Source of the DNA: Phoronis australis
Taxonomy: Eukaryota; Animalia; Phoronida
NCBI GenBank assembly: GCA_002633005.1
Contig: NMRA01000378.1
Span: 234,886 to 298,885, forward strand
Direction: 5' to 3'
Length of the DNA stretch: 64,000 bases
The notes under the pieces are model-generated. The model made no database searches and was not told the DNA's origin. It saw nothing but the letters and a program-made list of their open reading frames with translations. A program made the translations under genes and the position numbers. Below, in pieces: positions 39,774 to 54,719 of this stretch. How positions within the stretch are numbered: position 1 is the first letter of the stretch; every line of letters starts with the position of its first letter.

Positions 39774-40297
39774 CTGAAAATAATAACAAATAGATTTTAA
39801 ATCACATAATGTACATTCACTACCATAATGGAACTCCTTAGATGATATGAAATTTCAGGGAGGGTTGGGTTGTTCCTGGGTCTGGATAATGCATACATGT
39901 AGCATATAAAATACTTTTCGCAAATTTTGACTTGTGTTAATATTGAAGCTACGTAATAACCCAACATTTATACCAACTTTAAAAACAAGAAAAGTTGTGT
40001 CTGTCTTCTTCATTTTGAACCATTGTGTCCACGTTGACCACTATGTCCATTTTGACCTACTGTGTCCATTTTACCATCATTTCCATTGGGCCCCGCTTTA
40101 TCGACCTGGTACTGTTGGATTTATAACACAAAGAGAGCGTTGCTGAGGTCAAATTCAAGGACGCTATGTTGTTGCTGAGATCTAAATGCCAGTGAGCGCT
40201 CCTGTTCCGCGGAAGGAAGTGTAGTGTTGTGAAGCGTGTCTTCCGTTTGTAAACAACACTTACTGTCAGATAAAGCCTCTCTAAGCCACTTACTAAG

Positions 40298-40390
40298 TGG
40301 CAATAGCTTGTTGGCCTAAAGATTTACACGCTTGGTCGTCCCACGTATAACCTGGGTTCAAGTCCCATCGGAGACACTGAAATTTTTTAC
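40298..40390 (+). mobile_element. Possible tRNA-derived SINE head
   Basis: B-box-like ggttcaagtcc at 40355-40365 with a weak A-box upstream; no cloverleaf. Confidence 0.3.
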
Positions 40391-43300
40391 TCAACCTATT
40401 TTAGTTGCCCAAAACGGGCTGCCAACTGCAGTTGGTATCCTGCCTTCTCAAACATTGTTCTGGGGTAGTAGAGGCCATCGTCTCGAGTCGATATTTGTTC
40501 ATCGACATAGTGTCTCGGGGTGCGTTTGTTCGTCGACGCATCGGCTCCGGTGTACATGTATGTATTGAGATTTTTGTAGCGTCAGCTCAAGAATGTGCAG
40601 TAGCGCATTAAATTAAGTCGGATGGAAGGACAAAGGTGATGTTGTCTAAAAATTTCCCGCACTGTTGCCTAAAATAATCATTTCTTATTACCCAATTATT
40701 GCACAATGCGCTGTTTGACGTCATCTTCTATTTTAATTCGTAAGTTTTGCAAATGACTGGATTCATATATTAGTCGATAACTCCCCATATGTCTTAAAAG
40801 ACGATAATTATGAAAGCAATAAGTTGTGACTTGGTATACCTTTTGTACCATACCTGTAGGTTGTCTGCGTTTTATTTACATATACAATTTTGCAAACTTG
40901 CTTTTATCGTTACTCCATTCAAGGTCAACTTTAGTCTATAGAATATTACATATTTCTTTACATACAGTGATCGCAGTATTTTTGTTTACATTCTTCCATA
41001 CTATTTCCAAAGTTAACTGTCGTTGTTAATAAATGACATTTATCAACCTTGCCCTCGCCTCTTTACTATGAACTAAGTTTAGATCACATCACGTGCACCT
41101 ATGCACGGCATGAGATATCTGCCCTCCAACATTTGAACATGTAAATAAAACAGTTCAAATCAAGTCTGTCTAAGCCACGATTGATAGACAATTGACATAA
41201 AGTATTATTATGCAGACTTGAAACCTTGCAGATAAAAAGCAGCTTTGTACAAAAAACTTCCTACAGTAAGAGTTACATGTATGGACTTGTAAAACCTTTT
41301 AGGTGTAGAGTCATTTTCGTAAAGGCCTTATATCTAATGCGAATCGTCCATTAACATTAGCTGGCGCAAATTAGGATATGGTCTGCTCCTGCATATTCTT
41401 AAACTGCCCAACACTACTTAAAAACAACTAAAAAGCGTCAATCTGCAAGGGCTTTGCATAATTTTTCAAATCACATTTTGAAAAAACTCACTTTACATTA
41501 TACGTATGATTATGCTGAATAATGCCTCTTATTATACGGGTGATGCTTGTGGCCGATGTCTCTGCGGTGAGTTAATATTTCAAAGGGCCGAAAGTCACAT
41601 GTTAGACATCTTAGTCTACTTATTTCAACGACCATATGTTCAGTGTCACGTGACCAGGAATAAGTTCCATATCATTGCACCAGCACTTTGCAGTTGGTCA
41701 TAGTACGGCCCTATCGAGATGATAGCATACACGTACGTGTATGTGGCGCTGTGTCAGGTGTATCGAGAACTCTGTGGAATGAATTAAAGTTTACTTTTTA
41801 ATGTATAGTGACTTGTCCTATAATCGCTACTTTAACTGACTATGACTAGCTTTGAAATTTGCTAGTTCAGTGGGTAATTTGGGAATGCGTCAAGATCCGG
41901 CATCACCTGGTTTTTCGCTGTCCGCTATTGTTGACAAAATTGTAGCTAAACAAGACGGCGAACGAGATTGTTGGCCAGTTCTTTTCAGGCTCTATTGAAA
42001 TGTTATTTATAAAAAAGATCTGTTTGTGGAAGCTACACTTTAAAATAATCGTTCAACTGGCTTCAATGTCACGCGTAAAGGGGAGAACAGTGGTCCGTGG
42101 TCACCCGCTAACACAGTCTAAGTGAAGTTTATAGGATAAATCAAGAAGTCCTCGCCAATATAACGTTAGCATGCCGTAAAAATCACAAAGTGTTCAACTT
42201 CTATGATAAAAATGAATGCCACTGTCCATCCTAGACATGCTAGAAGAATGGCAGCGTTTAAAGCGACTGAGTTTGTTTAACAAATGAGGCAATGTGGACA
42301 ATTTTACCAACTTTATTACAATAATGTATCGGTAGTGCTGTACTGATCAATTTAGGACCAACTACGACCCCNCCCCCCCCCCCCCCCTACATCATCGTGA
42401 GCTCAGAATTTTTAGACGGTAATGAACGTGCACAAGGTGGTACTTATCCTTTATTTCATCAACTAGTGGATTTTAACTTCGATCCTCCTTGCAATACGAC
42501 ATCATCACTTGACTTTATTCAGTGCTCCCGACCTCACCTTTTTTTGCACGAACCCTGTTTTTTCTGTTACCTGAAAGTCTTCAGTGTTTTGGCAAATCCT
42601 ATTTTCTATTACTTGTTGTCGGTACTTTCTTTTCTTTCTCAGTATTTGATCTTCATTCTTGCCAGTTCCTCTACTAAGGTTATTTGGGACACTCAATACA
42701 TGTGCAGCTCATTGGATTCTCTTGACTCTCAAAGACATCGTGACTCATGCACCGGTCTCCAAATTTCTGTTTGTAATTGTGTTTAAAAAATTACTTTTTG
42801 CAAGGGGGCTATCAAGTAAAGGATTTTTATTATCATTAAAAAACTTTGAAAGGGGCATGAAAAAAAGGAAATTATAAATTAGAAAGTGAAACAGTTTTGA
42901 GATTTTATCTTGTAAATTAATATATCCAACTCCTAGTTAGTTCCTACCTAGTCCGACGGTAGCGCTGTTTGTTCTTTCTCTCCACCTTCCTGTTGGCCCA
43001 GCCTCAAGCAACAGTACATTCACTCGTAAGTTTTCCCAATTAGACCATTTGATACTTCTCCCACCCTCCCTAAACTGGGTTCCGAAAAATGTTATTTCAA
43101 CCGATTTATATCTTTCCCACCCTCCCTACCTTTTGTCGAACAAAATCTTTTGTTGGTTATTTTTGTTATTGCAGCCACTGCTGGTACCTCCTTCAAGCCC
43201 GGAGCGTGTTACCGTCAAGCACGAAGAGACGTCTTTGGCTAGCGACCAGACCTGTACTCGAGCGTCTATCACTGCAACTTGCATCTCTCCACCCCGGTCG

Positions 43301-43399
43301 CAGCTCTCAGCATATACTGAGCCACAACACCACGATCCTTACAATATTTTTATTATTCCTGCTGGTCTGCTCACTCAGCTTGCCCGTAACTTGCTTTGC

Positions 43400-43592
43400 A
43401 GGTTGTTATAGCCCAGTTGGCTGTTTGGTGTACCCACTTGGTACTTTATTATATGATATTTGCCCACTTGGCAGTTGTACCCATTTGGTACTTGAAGTTG
43501 TTGAATTTGCCGTTTTGCTCGACCCAGTTGGTAAGCAATCGGCCAATACCCATTTGTTATTATGTACTCATTTGGTACTATGCTAACCTGTG
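43400..43592 (-). repeat. Cluster of short acccaNttggta motifs (subterminal repeats of a DNA element)
   Basis: About seven variants between 43411 and 43578, ending at ctaacctgtg (CACAG terminus on the minus strand). Confidence 0.55.
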
Positions 43593-44649
43593 ACACTTAG
43601 TATCCGATACTAAATTACTTTTTGGGTGTCGGAAATGTGTGTGTTATCTCTTGTAATTAAGGGATCTTATGTGAAATATTCATTTGTAGAGCTGTGACCC
43701 TGAAACTCCCAATACAACCTAAAATGTACATTATTGTTGTTGTTTTATTTGTCCCCAATAATACCAAACAAATTTTTGTCATGTCATTAATACCGTACAT
43801 GTAGTTTTGGTATGAATGTAGGTTTTAAGCCATACCCATATACCCATTTATACAAATTGGTATCAAGTCAGAAATAAAATTCTTCAGGCTTTATACTTTC
43901 AAAAGTGTAAGGCTACTGAGTTAAATATTTTTAATTTTGTCAATATTTGATTAAATACACCGACAAGGCGACTGCGTCATACATAACTTCCATTTTGGAT
44001 GTATCCCCCCTCACCAGTCCCTTTGTTCCACTTCAGTTATGAGGGACCCAAACCTATTTTCACTGACGCACGACATGGCAGTGGCAAAACCCTGTCTGAG
44101 ACGTACAAGTTTGGTAGTGTTGTTATTGGTTGTATTTCAGACCCAGACACACCTGACAATTCTGCCAGCATGAGCACAAGATCCTGATAGGTGGTGAAAC
44201 TTTCTAACTATCACATCAGTCGGGGAAACATTCTTATTCTTGGAGTCTTTGCTTCTTTCTCCATTTTAATTGACAACGAATATTTCATCTTTCAAGGAAC
44301 TCCATACTGTCATAGCTTTGCGGAAACTATTAGCAACTCAACAAACGTCGAGTACTAAGAAACACTTAAAATCATCATCAGCAGCATAACATTCAAGTAG
44401 ACTTGAATTATGGTTGACCTGCCGTAGAATGAGGTGTCCTTGCAGTGTAATAAGCCCTGCGTTCAAAGAGAATAACGTAGTGTGGTATCGTTACATCCAT
44501 GTTGGAAAAGACTTACATCTGGCTTAGAAACAAGAAATTTTATTACTCTGGTAACTCATGTACTTGATCACTGAACATCAATACAAAAAATAGGTTCACA
44601 CCTGTGTGTGCTTCACGAGGTGTGAGTATACAAATGAAACATAGCAATT

Positions 44650-47600
44650 GTATTTACGGCCAAATCACAATCAAGGTCAATATTCGGTGGCCACTTTTGG
44701 TGAAAAATGAAGGATGTCATATAACTGTAAAAGCTGGATTATTTTCAAGTACTATCATTCCAGGTTTGTAATCTAAAATATTTTTGCACAAGAACCACCG
44801 AATAAAATGTTATGGCCTAATACATCGCAGTCGTATCAAAGGGTACGTACACTACAACTTGTGGTCACAACCCACTTCTACCATGCAAAAATTCATAAGG
44901 TAGCTGTTAATTAAATAAGTTTTCGATTAAACTGAAGAAGTATCACGTATTAAAATAAGAAAAGTTATTACCGTGCTGATCAAGTTGTTCTAGATGATGA
45001 TACATTGCAAATCTTACTACAGTATAATGAGAACTTCCTTCTCTTGCAATATGTTTCTTACAAAAAAATGACAAGTAACTACTTTTTCAAAAACTTTATT
45101 GATGCTATTTGCCTAGTTTTCAATACATTCACCAGTTGGTCAAAATAGTTAAAGCAATGCTAGGCCCAGTGTTCCACCTGTAAACAGTAAAAAATGGTAC
45201 TGGTTGGGGGTACTGTACGGGATGGTCTCGAGTTTTGTGGTGCCTCTACTTGTTGGTTTGTTGCAAGTTGAAGTGGTCTTGAGAGATAAATAACCTGCCT
45301 CTGCAACACCAGTTAACACACTTCTAGGATTTTCAGTACTAGCCAAGTCCTGTGTGGCATTTTGTTGTCCACAAATTTGATAATGTACATTGTTTTTTGT
45401 CAGACTGTATTGATTTTGGAAATATCAATATTGTTCATGAGGACAACAGCTATGTGTAAAAATTCTTGTGGGCAAAACTTTATATAGCACAGAGGTTGAA
45501 GGTACATACACTACATTTCAATGACTTTTCAGGTTGATAAAAAATAATTAAAATATACTGAGAGTTAGTTCATTTACCAATATTCAAAGAGAAAAAATGA
45601 AAAGTACAGTATGCAGTCAGGTGCATATCTGTCATTCTTTGAAAACAGGCACATGTTAAAATATAAGGGTACGTACTCTACACAAATTCTAATATTACAC
45701 TCAAAAAATGTATTTGTAATTAACACCCTTTTAACCTAGCATTTTTAATGGAGGAAGCTGTCTGTGACAAGTGTTGCTTACTCACTGTGTAATATTTTGT
45801 TTCATGGTATTTATTCACATGAAGTACGTACACTGCACAGGGGTACGTACACTGCACAGGGGTACGTACACTACATTTCAATGACATGTCAGATTATAAC
45901 TAAATACTAAGAATATACTGAGAGTTAGTTGATTTACTAAATCCGTTCAAAGAGAAAAAATAAAAAGCACAGCATTCATGTGCATATTTGCCATACTTTG
46001 AAAACAGGCACAAATTAAAATATGGGGGTAGGTACACTACACAAATTCTAATATTTCACTCAACACAAGTGTATTGGCAATAAACACTATTTTAACCTAA
46101 CATTTTAAGGAATGAAACTGTCTATGACCAATGTTGCTCACTTACCAAGTGATATTTTAATTTTATGGCATTTCTAAACATGGGGGTACATACACTACAA
46201 AAGGGGGTACGTACACTACATCACTGTTTCTGCATCATATGGTAACATATGGCCATTTATTTTTCTTTGGTGATAATAAGCACCATGTTGTTATGTAAAA
46301 GGCAATAATTTTATTTGCAATGACCATTTGTATTACTGAATTCCTCATGGGTGTACGTACACTACATTTTGTTAGCCTTTTTGGCCCATTTTCAACATAG
46401 CAGAACCCATTCAATATCAAAACTTTTGGTTTGTTTAGATTTTGAAGAATTTGCTGTGTTGCCTAGGCCGACATATTTTGCAGCTCTTTTCGTTAGAGAG
46501 TGTGAACTTTAGTTTTTAACCTTCTTTACAGTAGGTCAGGATTAGAAACACAGAATTTACAAAGTTTGTAACGAGTGCCTGTTTTATGATGAACCTTACT
46601 ATTTCTGAATGATTTAGCACAACTTCATATAATTGACTCTGAAAGTGACTAACGTTATTCCTAGTCATATCTAAACAATTGATTGCTTGATAAAATAAAT
46701 TACTTTTCTGCTCTTGACAGTTGAAAATTGTTATTTTTAAGATGGCCACTCGTAACGCTAAAAATGCATGAAATTCAGAGACAAAAACATGCATAAATTT
46801 CTCAAAAATTGATGATTCTTTTTTAATTTGCACATCTAAATAACTCTTTGTATAATGAGATTCAGTTGGCATTTGGTAAGTGACCGTAACACAGTCAACT
46901 CTCGAATATGGACATTGATGGTGATTTAGCCGTTAATCCTTAGACATACTTAGCACTTAACTATCATCAGAGTAACATCACTGTCAAAAGGAAAGCCTAA
47001 TTCCATAAACTAACATCAAAGAAGTACAGGAAAACACTTTTCATCATCAGTAAACATTGTTTACACAAAAAAATTTCACATAACACAGAGGTCAGTGAGG
47101 GGCTACGGAGAATACAAAATGCGAAGGTAACTATTAGTGGGAAGAAAATTACTAGACCAATGCAATAGAATTCATTTACTTGTCAATACTACTACGTCTG
47201 AATTACAAAAACGGGAAAAAGGGAGATAATACCATCGTAATTTTCTTCACACTTGTGTACATGTAAATACAAAAATATAACATAATGGAAATTAAAATAT
47301 TATCCTACGACACACTCAGCTCTTAACTATCGTCAGAGTCACATCACCATCAATGGGGTGCCTATTTCTATCAACTACCCTGAAAGAAATGCTGGAAAGC
47401 ACCTTTCATCATCAGGAAAACATTGAATGCATAAATTTCACATAGCACAGAGGTCATGGAGGGAGCTACGGAGAATACGAAATATACAGAAACCTGTTTG
47501 TAAGTGAAAGAACACTTGAGCAATGCAATAGAATTCATTTACTTGTTAATATTAATACTTCTGAATGACCAAAGAACATCCATGTTTTATTAATAACCAG

Positions 47601-48555
47601 TTTAAACTTAAAAAGTAGATAAACTTGCCTCAAATCCCACCCATAAATATTTTTAATTGTTCTTTTCTTTGAGAGTTTATTTGTTCCCATTTCCTCAGTA
47701 CATGCACCTAGACACAATTTTTTTTCAAACCATGTACCAACAATTCAAAGTTAGGAGCTACGGAGGATACAGGGGCTACGGAGAATACGAAAGACATTTT
47801 TGCTTATGATTAATTGAAATCCAGGTCTTGATCTAATATTTTGGTGCGCCAAAAATAGCTTCAAGATTCCCAATGTGCAGTATCAAATTTCTTTTATTTA
47901 TAGAAGAATTTAATGGAATTCAGACAGGGCTACGGAGAATACACAGTTTTTCTTAGGTGACTGTGACATTATTTGGTTGAGGAATCCAATCACTAGGGCA
48001 TCTGGTACAAATATAAGGTTTCTAACTCAAATTCTATATACCATTAACCATTAAAGACACAGTTCAAAACACTAGTAATGCTTTTCTTTTTCAGGCATGG
48101 ATGTAAGAGAAGGAGCACATGCAAATTTACGTGTTTTACATAACATTGAAATCATTTTGCAAGCGTGCCTGAAAATTGTGTTTGACTTTTCACATCCCTG
48201 CAATTTTCTGAAGAAAGACAAGAAATACATGTTAGAACCATGAAAAAAACACTACATTGTGATTAAATGTGTGATTTAATTAAATGCCATGTGTATTAAA
48301 AACATGTAATGTTTCAGTGAAACAAAATAACGATGGATTTCTGGCTATTTTCAGCTATATCAAGGATTACTCTGGCCATAATTAACATTTTTTCATACTT
48401 TAAAATGCATAAATGTCATAAGTACCGGTGCTAAAACAAGACCATCATACAAATATCTGCCAAAGGTGAAGGAATTCTATCAATATGATTGCATAACATT
48501 TACAAATCTATATTTTCACCCTGAGTGAAAAATGCCGATTGTGATAATGATTAAT
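44650..48555. mobile_element. Large non-coding repeat element with ~360-bp internal tandem duplications and two arm-specific motifs
   Basis: 45501-45860 ~ 45861-46222; 46956 ~ 47322. gggtacgtacactac recurs 44841-46365 and gctacggagaatac recurs 47102-47942; weak terminal inverted similarity (atcacaatc...ggtgaaaa). Confidence 0.55.
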
Positions 48556-51500
48556 TATTGAACCTTGCGAGACGACAATAACTTGTTCTTTTACAATCTT
48601 CTTCAACATACCTACGTCACTAGGATAACCAATAGATATACAATTGGTACACTGTCAGGTTCTAGCCCTTGTTTCGAGTCAAAGTTAACATGAGAGTCAA
48701 TCTCAGATACATGTATGAAGGACCCAACGTGGTTATCTCAACAAATTTTGACAAGTTACCTCAAGAGGGCGCTCCAGTTTTCAGTTGACTAGATTACATC
48801 CAATGTTGAAATCCAGATCATGTACGAGTTCTAGTTAACAATGGTTAAACAAATACTTTTGTTGATAACCAAGTAAAGGGCAAATTTAGCGTGTTAGCCG
48901 GTACCTGAAGATCCCGTGGTTCAACGTATGTCAAGATTTGGGTCATGGGCATCGCAGGATTGTTTACGAAATTTATATGTACATTTGCTTAAGGAAAGTA
49001 CAGTAATCATGCTCCAGTTTGAAAGTTTTCTCGGAGTGCACGCTTCAGGTTGTTTTGTGTGATAACACGGTGTTGTAAACTATACGGTTGCCTTTCGTAT
49101 ATCGTTCCAAGAATAAGACACTTACTGAAGTGAACGAACAAGAAAACTTAAGTAGCGCCACCTGTTAGTTGAAAAAGTAAACAGTACTAGTTGGTGGTTA
49201 CGAGAAATCACTTCACGTGTCACTCAGCTGGGTGGCACTTTCCCAACCTCCTTCCCTAACGAAATTGTTGCGCTGTATTTCCAACAAAATCTATTTAAAT
49301 TGAGACTTGTTTCTCATATTTTCTACAAAACCTTTTCCGACTTGGTTCCCCTTAAAACGATTTACTTTTAAGTACGAGACTTAACTGGAAAGATTGGGGT
49401 TCCAATTTCCAAGTTCAAACGTCTACATCAATGTTATATTGATTTATTTTGTTTGCAGCAGATCAACTCATTTGTCGATTGGTTTAGGAAACGGGATAAA
49501 AACGCAGCTGTACATAAGGTCTTACGAAAAAATAGGCTCCGAAGATATTTTTATGGCAGCTGGTGCCCTGTAAATCAGCCTCTTTTTCGAGTGCTATCTC
49601 AAAATGAATGAGTATCCTAATTTTTCACATTATTCAAACCCAGTTAGTCGAGCATCCTCTCTCGCAATTATGATCGATCAACAATCGGGTGAAAGAATCG
49701 AGGAAGTTTTAGCATAGCAAGTGGCGATAATTATTGGAGGATTCCCACATACTAATCTGGTTTTGTCAAAAACTTAACACCTCGTTTCTAGACGGAAGCT
49801 TACATTTACACTACGTGTATTGACGAACAAAGCCACTCCATTATTTTTCACAGATCAAACTCTGAAATTCAATCACAACCACAAGTAAAAGACCAAAAAA
49901 GAATTTTATGAGCGTTTAAAAACACCAAATCGGACTTTTATGTGTGTTTAAAAATAACCATTTTTAAAACGAAGTTGGGTGGACCAATATACTGTATGTT
50001 GACTAGTAGTGCGGGATGTGCCGAATTCTTGAAAATGTGAGTTAAGGTGTCATTAACGGGACACGGGTTAGGCACCACGAAGTGAAAGACCGGTTACGTC
50101 TCTGCAAAGTTACTGTGCACTCTCCTTCAAAGACTGGGGTTTACATCGATATGCACTGAATGCATAGGGGCGCATACTAATACGTACATGTATTCGGTTG
50201 TTGACAAACGAATTGAACTCCTGATATTTCTTACATAGATTTTAACGATGTGAAAAAGTGACATGGCATTGGTAAGCAGGGATTAATCGTATTACATTGA
50301 AAAGCTTCGTCACTTCCGAAGATCTAAAGCAATAGCACAGACATGTCGCTTGCGCAACAAGACACCCTAAAACATGAACCTGATGCATTGAGCCCGGTAA
50401 CAAAGGGACCACATTGTGCGCAATGCACTGCATCATTTGAAATAAAACAGTTGGTATATCGCCCAGGGACTGTGCGCTTGTCCATGTACAACACACAGTT
50501 ACCATGGACCGTGTGTACTTGTGAGTCTACATTCACAGCGCTTTACTTGGCTTGACAAAGGGAGTTCGGTGACAAAGCTATTTGAAGAAATGATTACCTT
50601 AGCGACAACATAGACGATCGTTGTGTTCAGTTACAACATATCTGGTGAAACTGGGAGCACCGAGGCATCACTGAGGCCAGTTTCCACTGAAGTGACCGTA
50701 GAGTTCACGCTACACCACTGCGACACGCATATATACTTAAAACTATTTTATTCTTCTACACTGTACATGTATGTACATTTGTTAGAATGTAACGGTATAT
50801 TCAGTCTTACAATATTATAGCTATGGTGATATGACGGGATGAATACTGAGACCAGGGTTACTGACCTTGTAATTCCCAGCCACGTGTCAACAGTTCAAAC
50901 CACACCTTTTAAACACACATTGACAACCAAATAAAACTTTTGAGAAGAGAAAAAATATAAAATTCTGCTGACCAGCTTGCGAAATGAGTGCATCAACCGG
51001 TGGAAGATTTTTAGGTCAGAGGAACAGAATGATTGATGGTTGGTTGACAGGACAACAATGGTTCGGTAGGTGCTTGCTTACTAACTGGGGAGTTTTATAA
51101 TGACCGTTGTCAAAAAGCAAGCATGTATACATCCAAACATGCAGAGGTAGACCTTTACCATTTTCTATTAAGTGATATTATCCCCTCGGGCTCCGCCCTT
51201 CCTCTGCTGTGACGTTGGGAAATTCCTAGAGTGAAGCCATTTTGTTACTAACTTAAAATGTCTTTTTCCAAGGTATAAAATAAGAGTGCCATGAATCTGA
51301 ATGTCGAAATCTTCATATCGCAATATTTAATCATAATTCTCAACCTAACAAACCATTAACCATGACTGTAATGTTACGCTGATCGTGGAAAAACGCGCCA
51401 AGGGTTAAACAATCAAATTTCAATAATAGCCAATCACATATTCAGCAGCATACAAGGTAAACGAGTGACTGACGAGGGCCCGAATAGATGAGATGATTTT

Positions 51501-51825
51501 TGAGACGTGTAAACTCTCACCTCTTCCTCATCAAGAAGTAATCGACCTGATTCCTTGTTAAAAGCCATCTTTTGCCTAGTCGCTAGAATCCTTGCGGTTC
51601 TTCTACGTGGAGTCTAGGACCAATACTCCCAGGTGGAGTGAATATTATACAGCGTCAAAACACACCCATGGATTTTACCAAAAAGTTTTGATGAGTCATT
51701 GCTTAAATAGGTCATCGACAGCCAACAGATGGCAGGTTAGCCAGGTAACCTGGTTCCCGGGCCTCACAAGATGACGTCACGGATAACCAACCTCGAGGGT
51801 CTGTGCAGGAGACTAGTTAGCCAGG

Positions 51826-51975
51826 CGTGCGTTCAGTAGACGCTAGGACCTACGCTAGGAACTAGCTAAAACCTAGTCACAGTCACGTGCTCTCATATAA
51901 ACTGCGTGGCAATATCTCACGTAATCTCGCGAAGTCTTGCTTTTTAGCGACGTTCTAGCGTTACTGAACGGGCGG
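51826..51975. mobile_element. ~150-bp MITE
   Basis: gcgttcagtagacgctag inverted with ctagcgttactgaacg. Confidence 0.55.
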
Positions 51976-52240
51976 CAGGGTTAGTGTTTACTACAAATAC
52001 ATAATTTGACTTCGACAACACTATGTATGTGACTTCTAGGCCCAGGCAAGCTCCTATTTCGGCCTTTGTATTATTCAGCACGGGTTTTTTAAATGCAACC
52101 TTCAAGCTCATCGATTAACATTAATGGGCTAAATCGGTTCACGTATAGTCTCATGATCTCCAATGCGGGCGCCAGCATGCGTGTGACGTCACTAGATGGA
52201 CAAAAAGGTCTTGGTCAACATTCACCATTCTGCGCAGAGC

Positions 52241-53450
52241 AGTACATGGACCGCCAACTTCGTGTACTATTCAAAGGACGAAATCTCTGCTTTTCCGCGC
52301 AAAGTTTCGTCATTTCACTAGCGAAAATTAGCCAAATTATCTGGAATCATTTACGACAAGTAGGCCTACGTCGTCGTCTGATAATCTTGGTCGGCTGTTG
52401 TGTGATTGGGTGGTAGTAGCATTGGTAAAAGTACTCACGATACTAACAGTTTTACTATTTTAAGATTTTGAACTGCGTTTCAATGTCGAAATTATTATTT
52501 TGTTTTTGTTTACATACTGGACAGTAAAATAGATGCGAAAAGTTTCCATAACAATGAACCAGGTAATTTAGTTGAGTGGCGTCGGAGTAGCGAATCTGTT
52601 GTCTATAATCTATATGATGTGACAAACTCCGTCTGCCCTGCTCCGGCCACTACAGGCCTCAGGCTTCGCTGAGCTCGTTTCGACACCGGTATTGCGGCGG
52701 CAACTCTATCTAGATTCGAGGTGTTCTATAATTTTCTCGTGCCCGGCAAGATTGTATTAAATTTGGGTGACTCGGGAGCTGAACACACAGCTACCTGGGC
52801 GTTTGCCTACCTAGACGTACTAAAGGTTTTACCAGCGTTCTATTTATTTGTTAAAATCGCTGATCCAAATCCTAGCCAAATGTGCGCATTCTGTTGAGAC
52901 CAACGGCCAGCGAAGAGTAATTTGGTTAATTCGCTCACTAGACTATGGCTGAAGTTCCTCGTGGGCACAGGAGTTCATGAGTCACTAACTTTGGAAGAAA
53001 TTCAGAGGACACTTTTCGCCAAAAAGTTTACCAGAGTTTTCATAAAAACGGAGAAAACAAAAATGGATCTGTGAAAACAGGATTAAGTAGGCCTACCAGA
53101 GCCTCTAAAAAAAATCATCTTTAAAGTGCCCTGAACAATTGTATTAAGTCTTATTGCTTAACTTGGAACAACTGCGATTCACGTCAACACAAGAAATAAG
53201 TTTTTCTTCCCACAGTCGATTATGGGGTCTTCGGATTGTATGGAAGCTAACGCGTTTATATTTTGCCTGTGTGGCTGAACAACCGGCCACAAAGTAGCCG
53301 ACCGTGATTAGCAGACGACGTAAGGTACTTGCCCGAAATTGCACGAGAAAATTTAGCCAGGTGTCGCTATTGAATAGTGGCGTAAGGGCTTGTGCATATG
53401 TACATATTTCGTTCATTGAAATATTACGGAGTTGGCGGTCCATATGTACT
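52241..53450. mobile_element. ~1.2-kb element with ~180-bp diverged terminal inverted repeats
   Basis: agtacatggaccgccaact... on plus matches the reverse complement of 53270-53450; both arms translate MDRQLR...LRRxL. Confidence 0.75.
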
Positions 53451-53769
53451 ATAGTCTATGTTGAGACTAAGTTCAAAAAGTAACTTGCCAACAGTCAACT
53501 TGATAAAACCCGAAAAGACAAAGATGACCATCTATGGAAATTTCCATATTCACAAATAGGCCTACTTGTACAACTTCAGATAACAGTTTGAAAGTACATG
53601 TATTGTTAACAATTCCTTCCTCAAAAATTCAACTCTAGCAATAACATTGCTAAGCCTTTGGCTGTACATGTGATACTTTCCCAACCAAATGAGAACATTC
53701 AGTTAATTACATCCGACCACTGAAAGGAAACACTCCGTCCGCGCAGGAAGAAGTTCATTTTTAAAAGCC

Positions 53770-54187
53770 TTTGAATTATGAAAGACCAGCACCCGTTGCC
53801 TAATTCATTCGAACTCAGTCGAAAATTTCTGCTCAAGATCGGTTACAGTCCAGATACGAACTCAGAAACGCCTGCCTAATTTTCATTCTCAAATCATTGC
53901 CGCGAAATTGAAAGAATTGTGAACACTGACAAGTGGAAGGTTTTTCACAACTTCATGTACAAGGATTGTCAACACAGCAATCATGACTATAAATGCTCGA
54001 CAGTGAAAAGTACTGCACGATAAAAGCACTCCGAGACATCTCTTTGCAACAGCAATGTTCTAGCTTTAAGTGTGCCAGAATAATACGAGAGGTACTTGGA
54101 GAGCACGAGACACGGTTACAACAACTCAGGAGTAGCCCGACAATAAACCATCTCATATCGTATTTAATGCATGTTCACTGTTCATAG
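53770..54187 (+). pseudogene. ASB-like remnant G: ankyrin-like segment plus SOCS box
   Basis: ELSR(K)FLLKIGYSPD (frameshifted), then SSFKCARIIREVLGEHETRLQQLRSSPTINHLISYLM-HVHCS-stop, fitting the SOCS-box pattern SLxxxCRxxIRxxL...LPxxLxxYL. Confidence 0.55.
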
Positions 54188-54457
54188 CAAGGGTCAACCC
54201 TGCTACAGTCAAGCGGAAGTAAATAGGGCCGGATTGAGGAATTGTGAGGCCCGTAAGATAATTCGAATTTCGGGGCCCCTATACTCTCAAATCCAAACTA
54301 ACTGGAATATTTTCTACTTTAGAGAAGGGAGGCAAATGAAACGGCTTCTACCCCGACTAAAACGTTCTAGAACGCACCGCCAATTAAAGGTGTGCGGATT
54401 GTCGGCTCAGCTATCGTTCAACTCAAACACAGCCTATTGTCTGTGGTGGCCAGTGTA

Positions 54458-54462
<5 letters not shown>

Positions 54463-54526
<64 letters not shown>
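54463..54526. repeat. (AT)n microsatellite
   Basis: About 32 AT units. Confidence 0.95.
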
Positions 54527-54528
<2 letters not shown>

Positions 54529-54719
54529 GCTCGTCTTAAATTTGACATTTTTGCACTTCGCACTAAAGATATTGTTGATAATAGGGGACGTCAACGGTTT
54601 CGTTTACGTAAAAGTGTGAGGCTGTTCAACCTTGTCTGTCCCATCATGCTTTTGAGCTCGTGTTTAATCTGACAGTCTCGGAAGTTCTGAAAATGATTGC
54701 CACATCAATTAGTAACCAT

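Noticed and set aside
40298-40390. tRNA gene
   Set aside because: Only a B-box-like motif; no acceptor or anticodon stems could be folded.
42397-43411. Several 120-165 aa ORFs
   Set aside because: No domain signature; non-ATG starts; probably decayed repeat sequence.
54171-54672. ORFs with YIYIYI runs
   Set aside because: Artefact of the (AT)n microsatellite.
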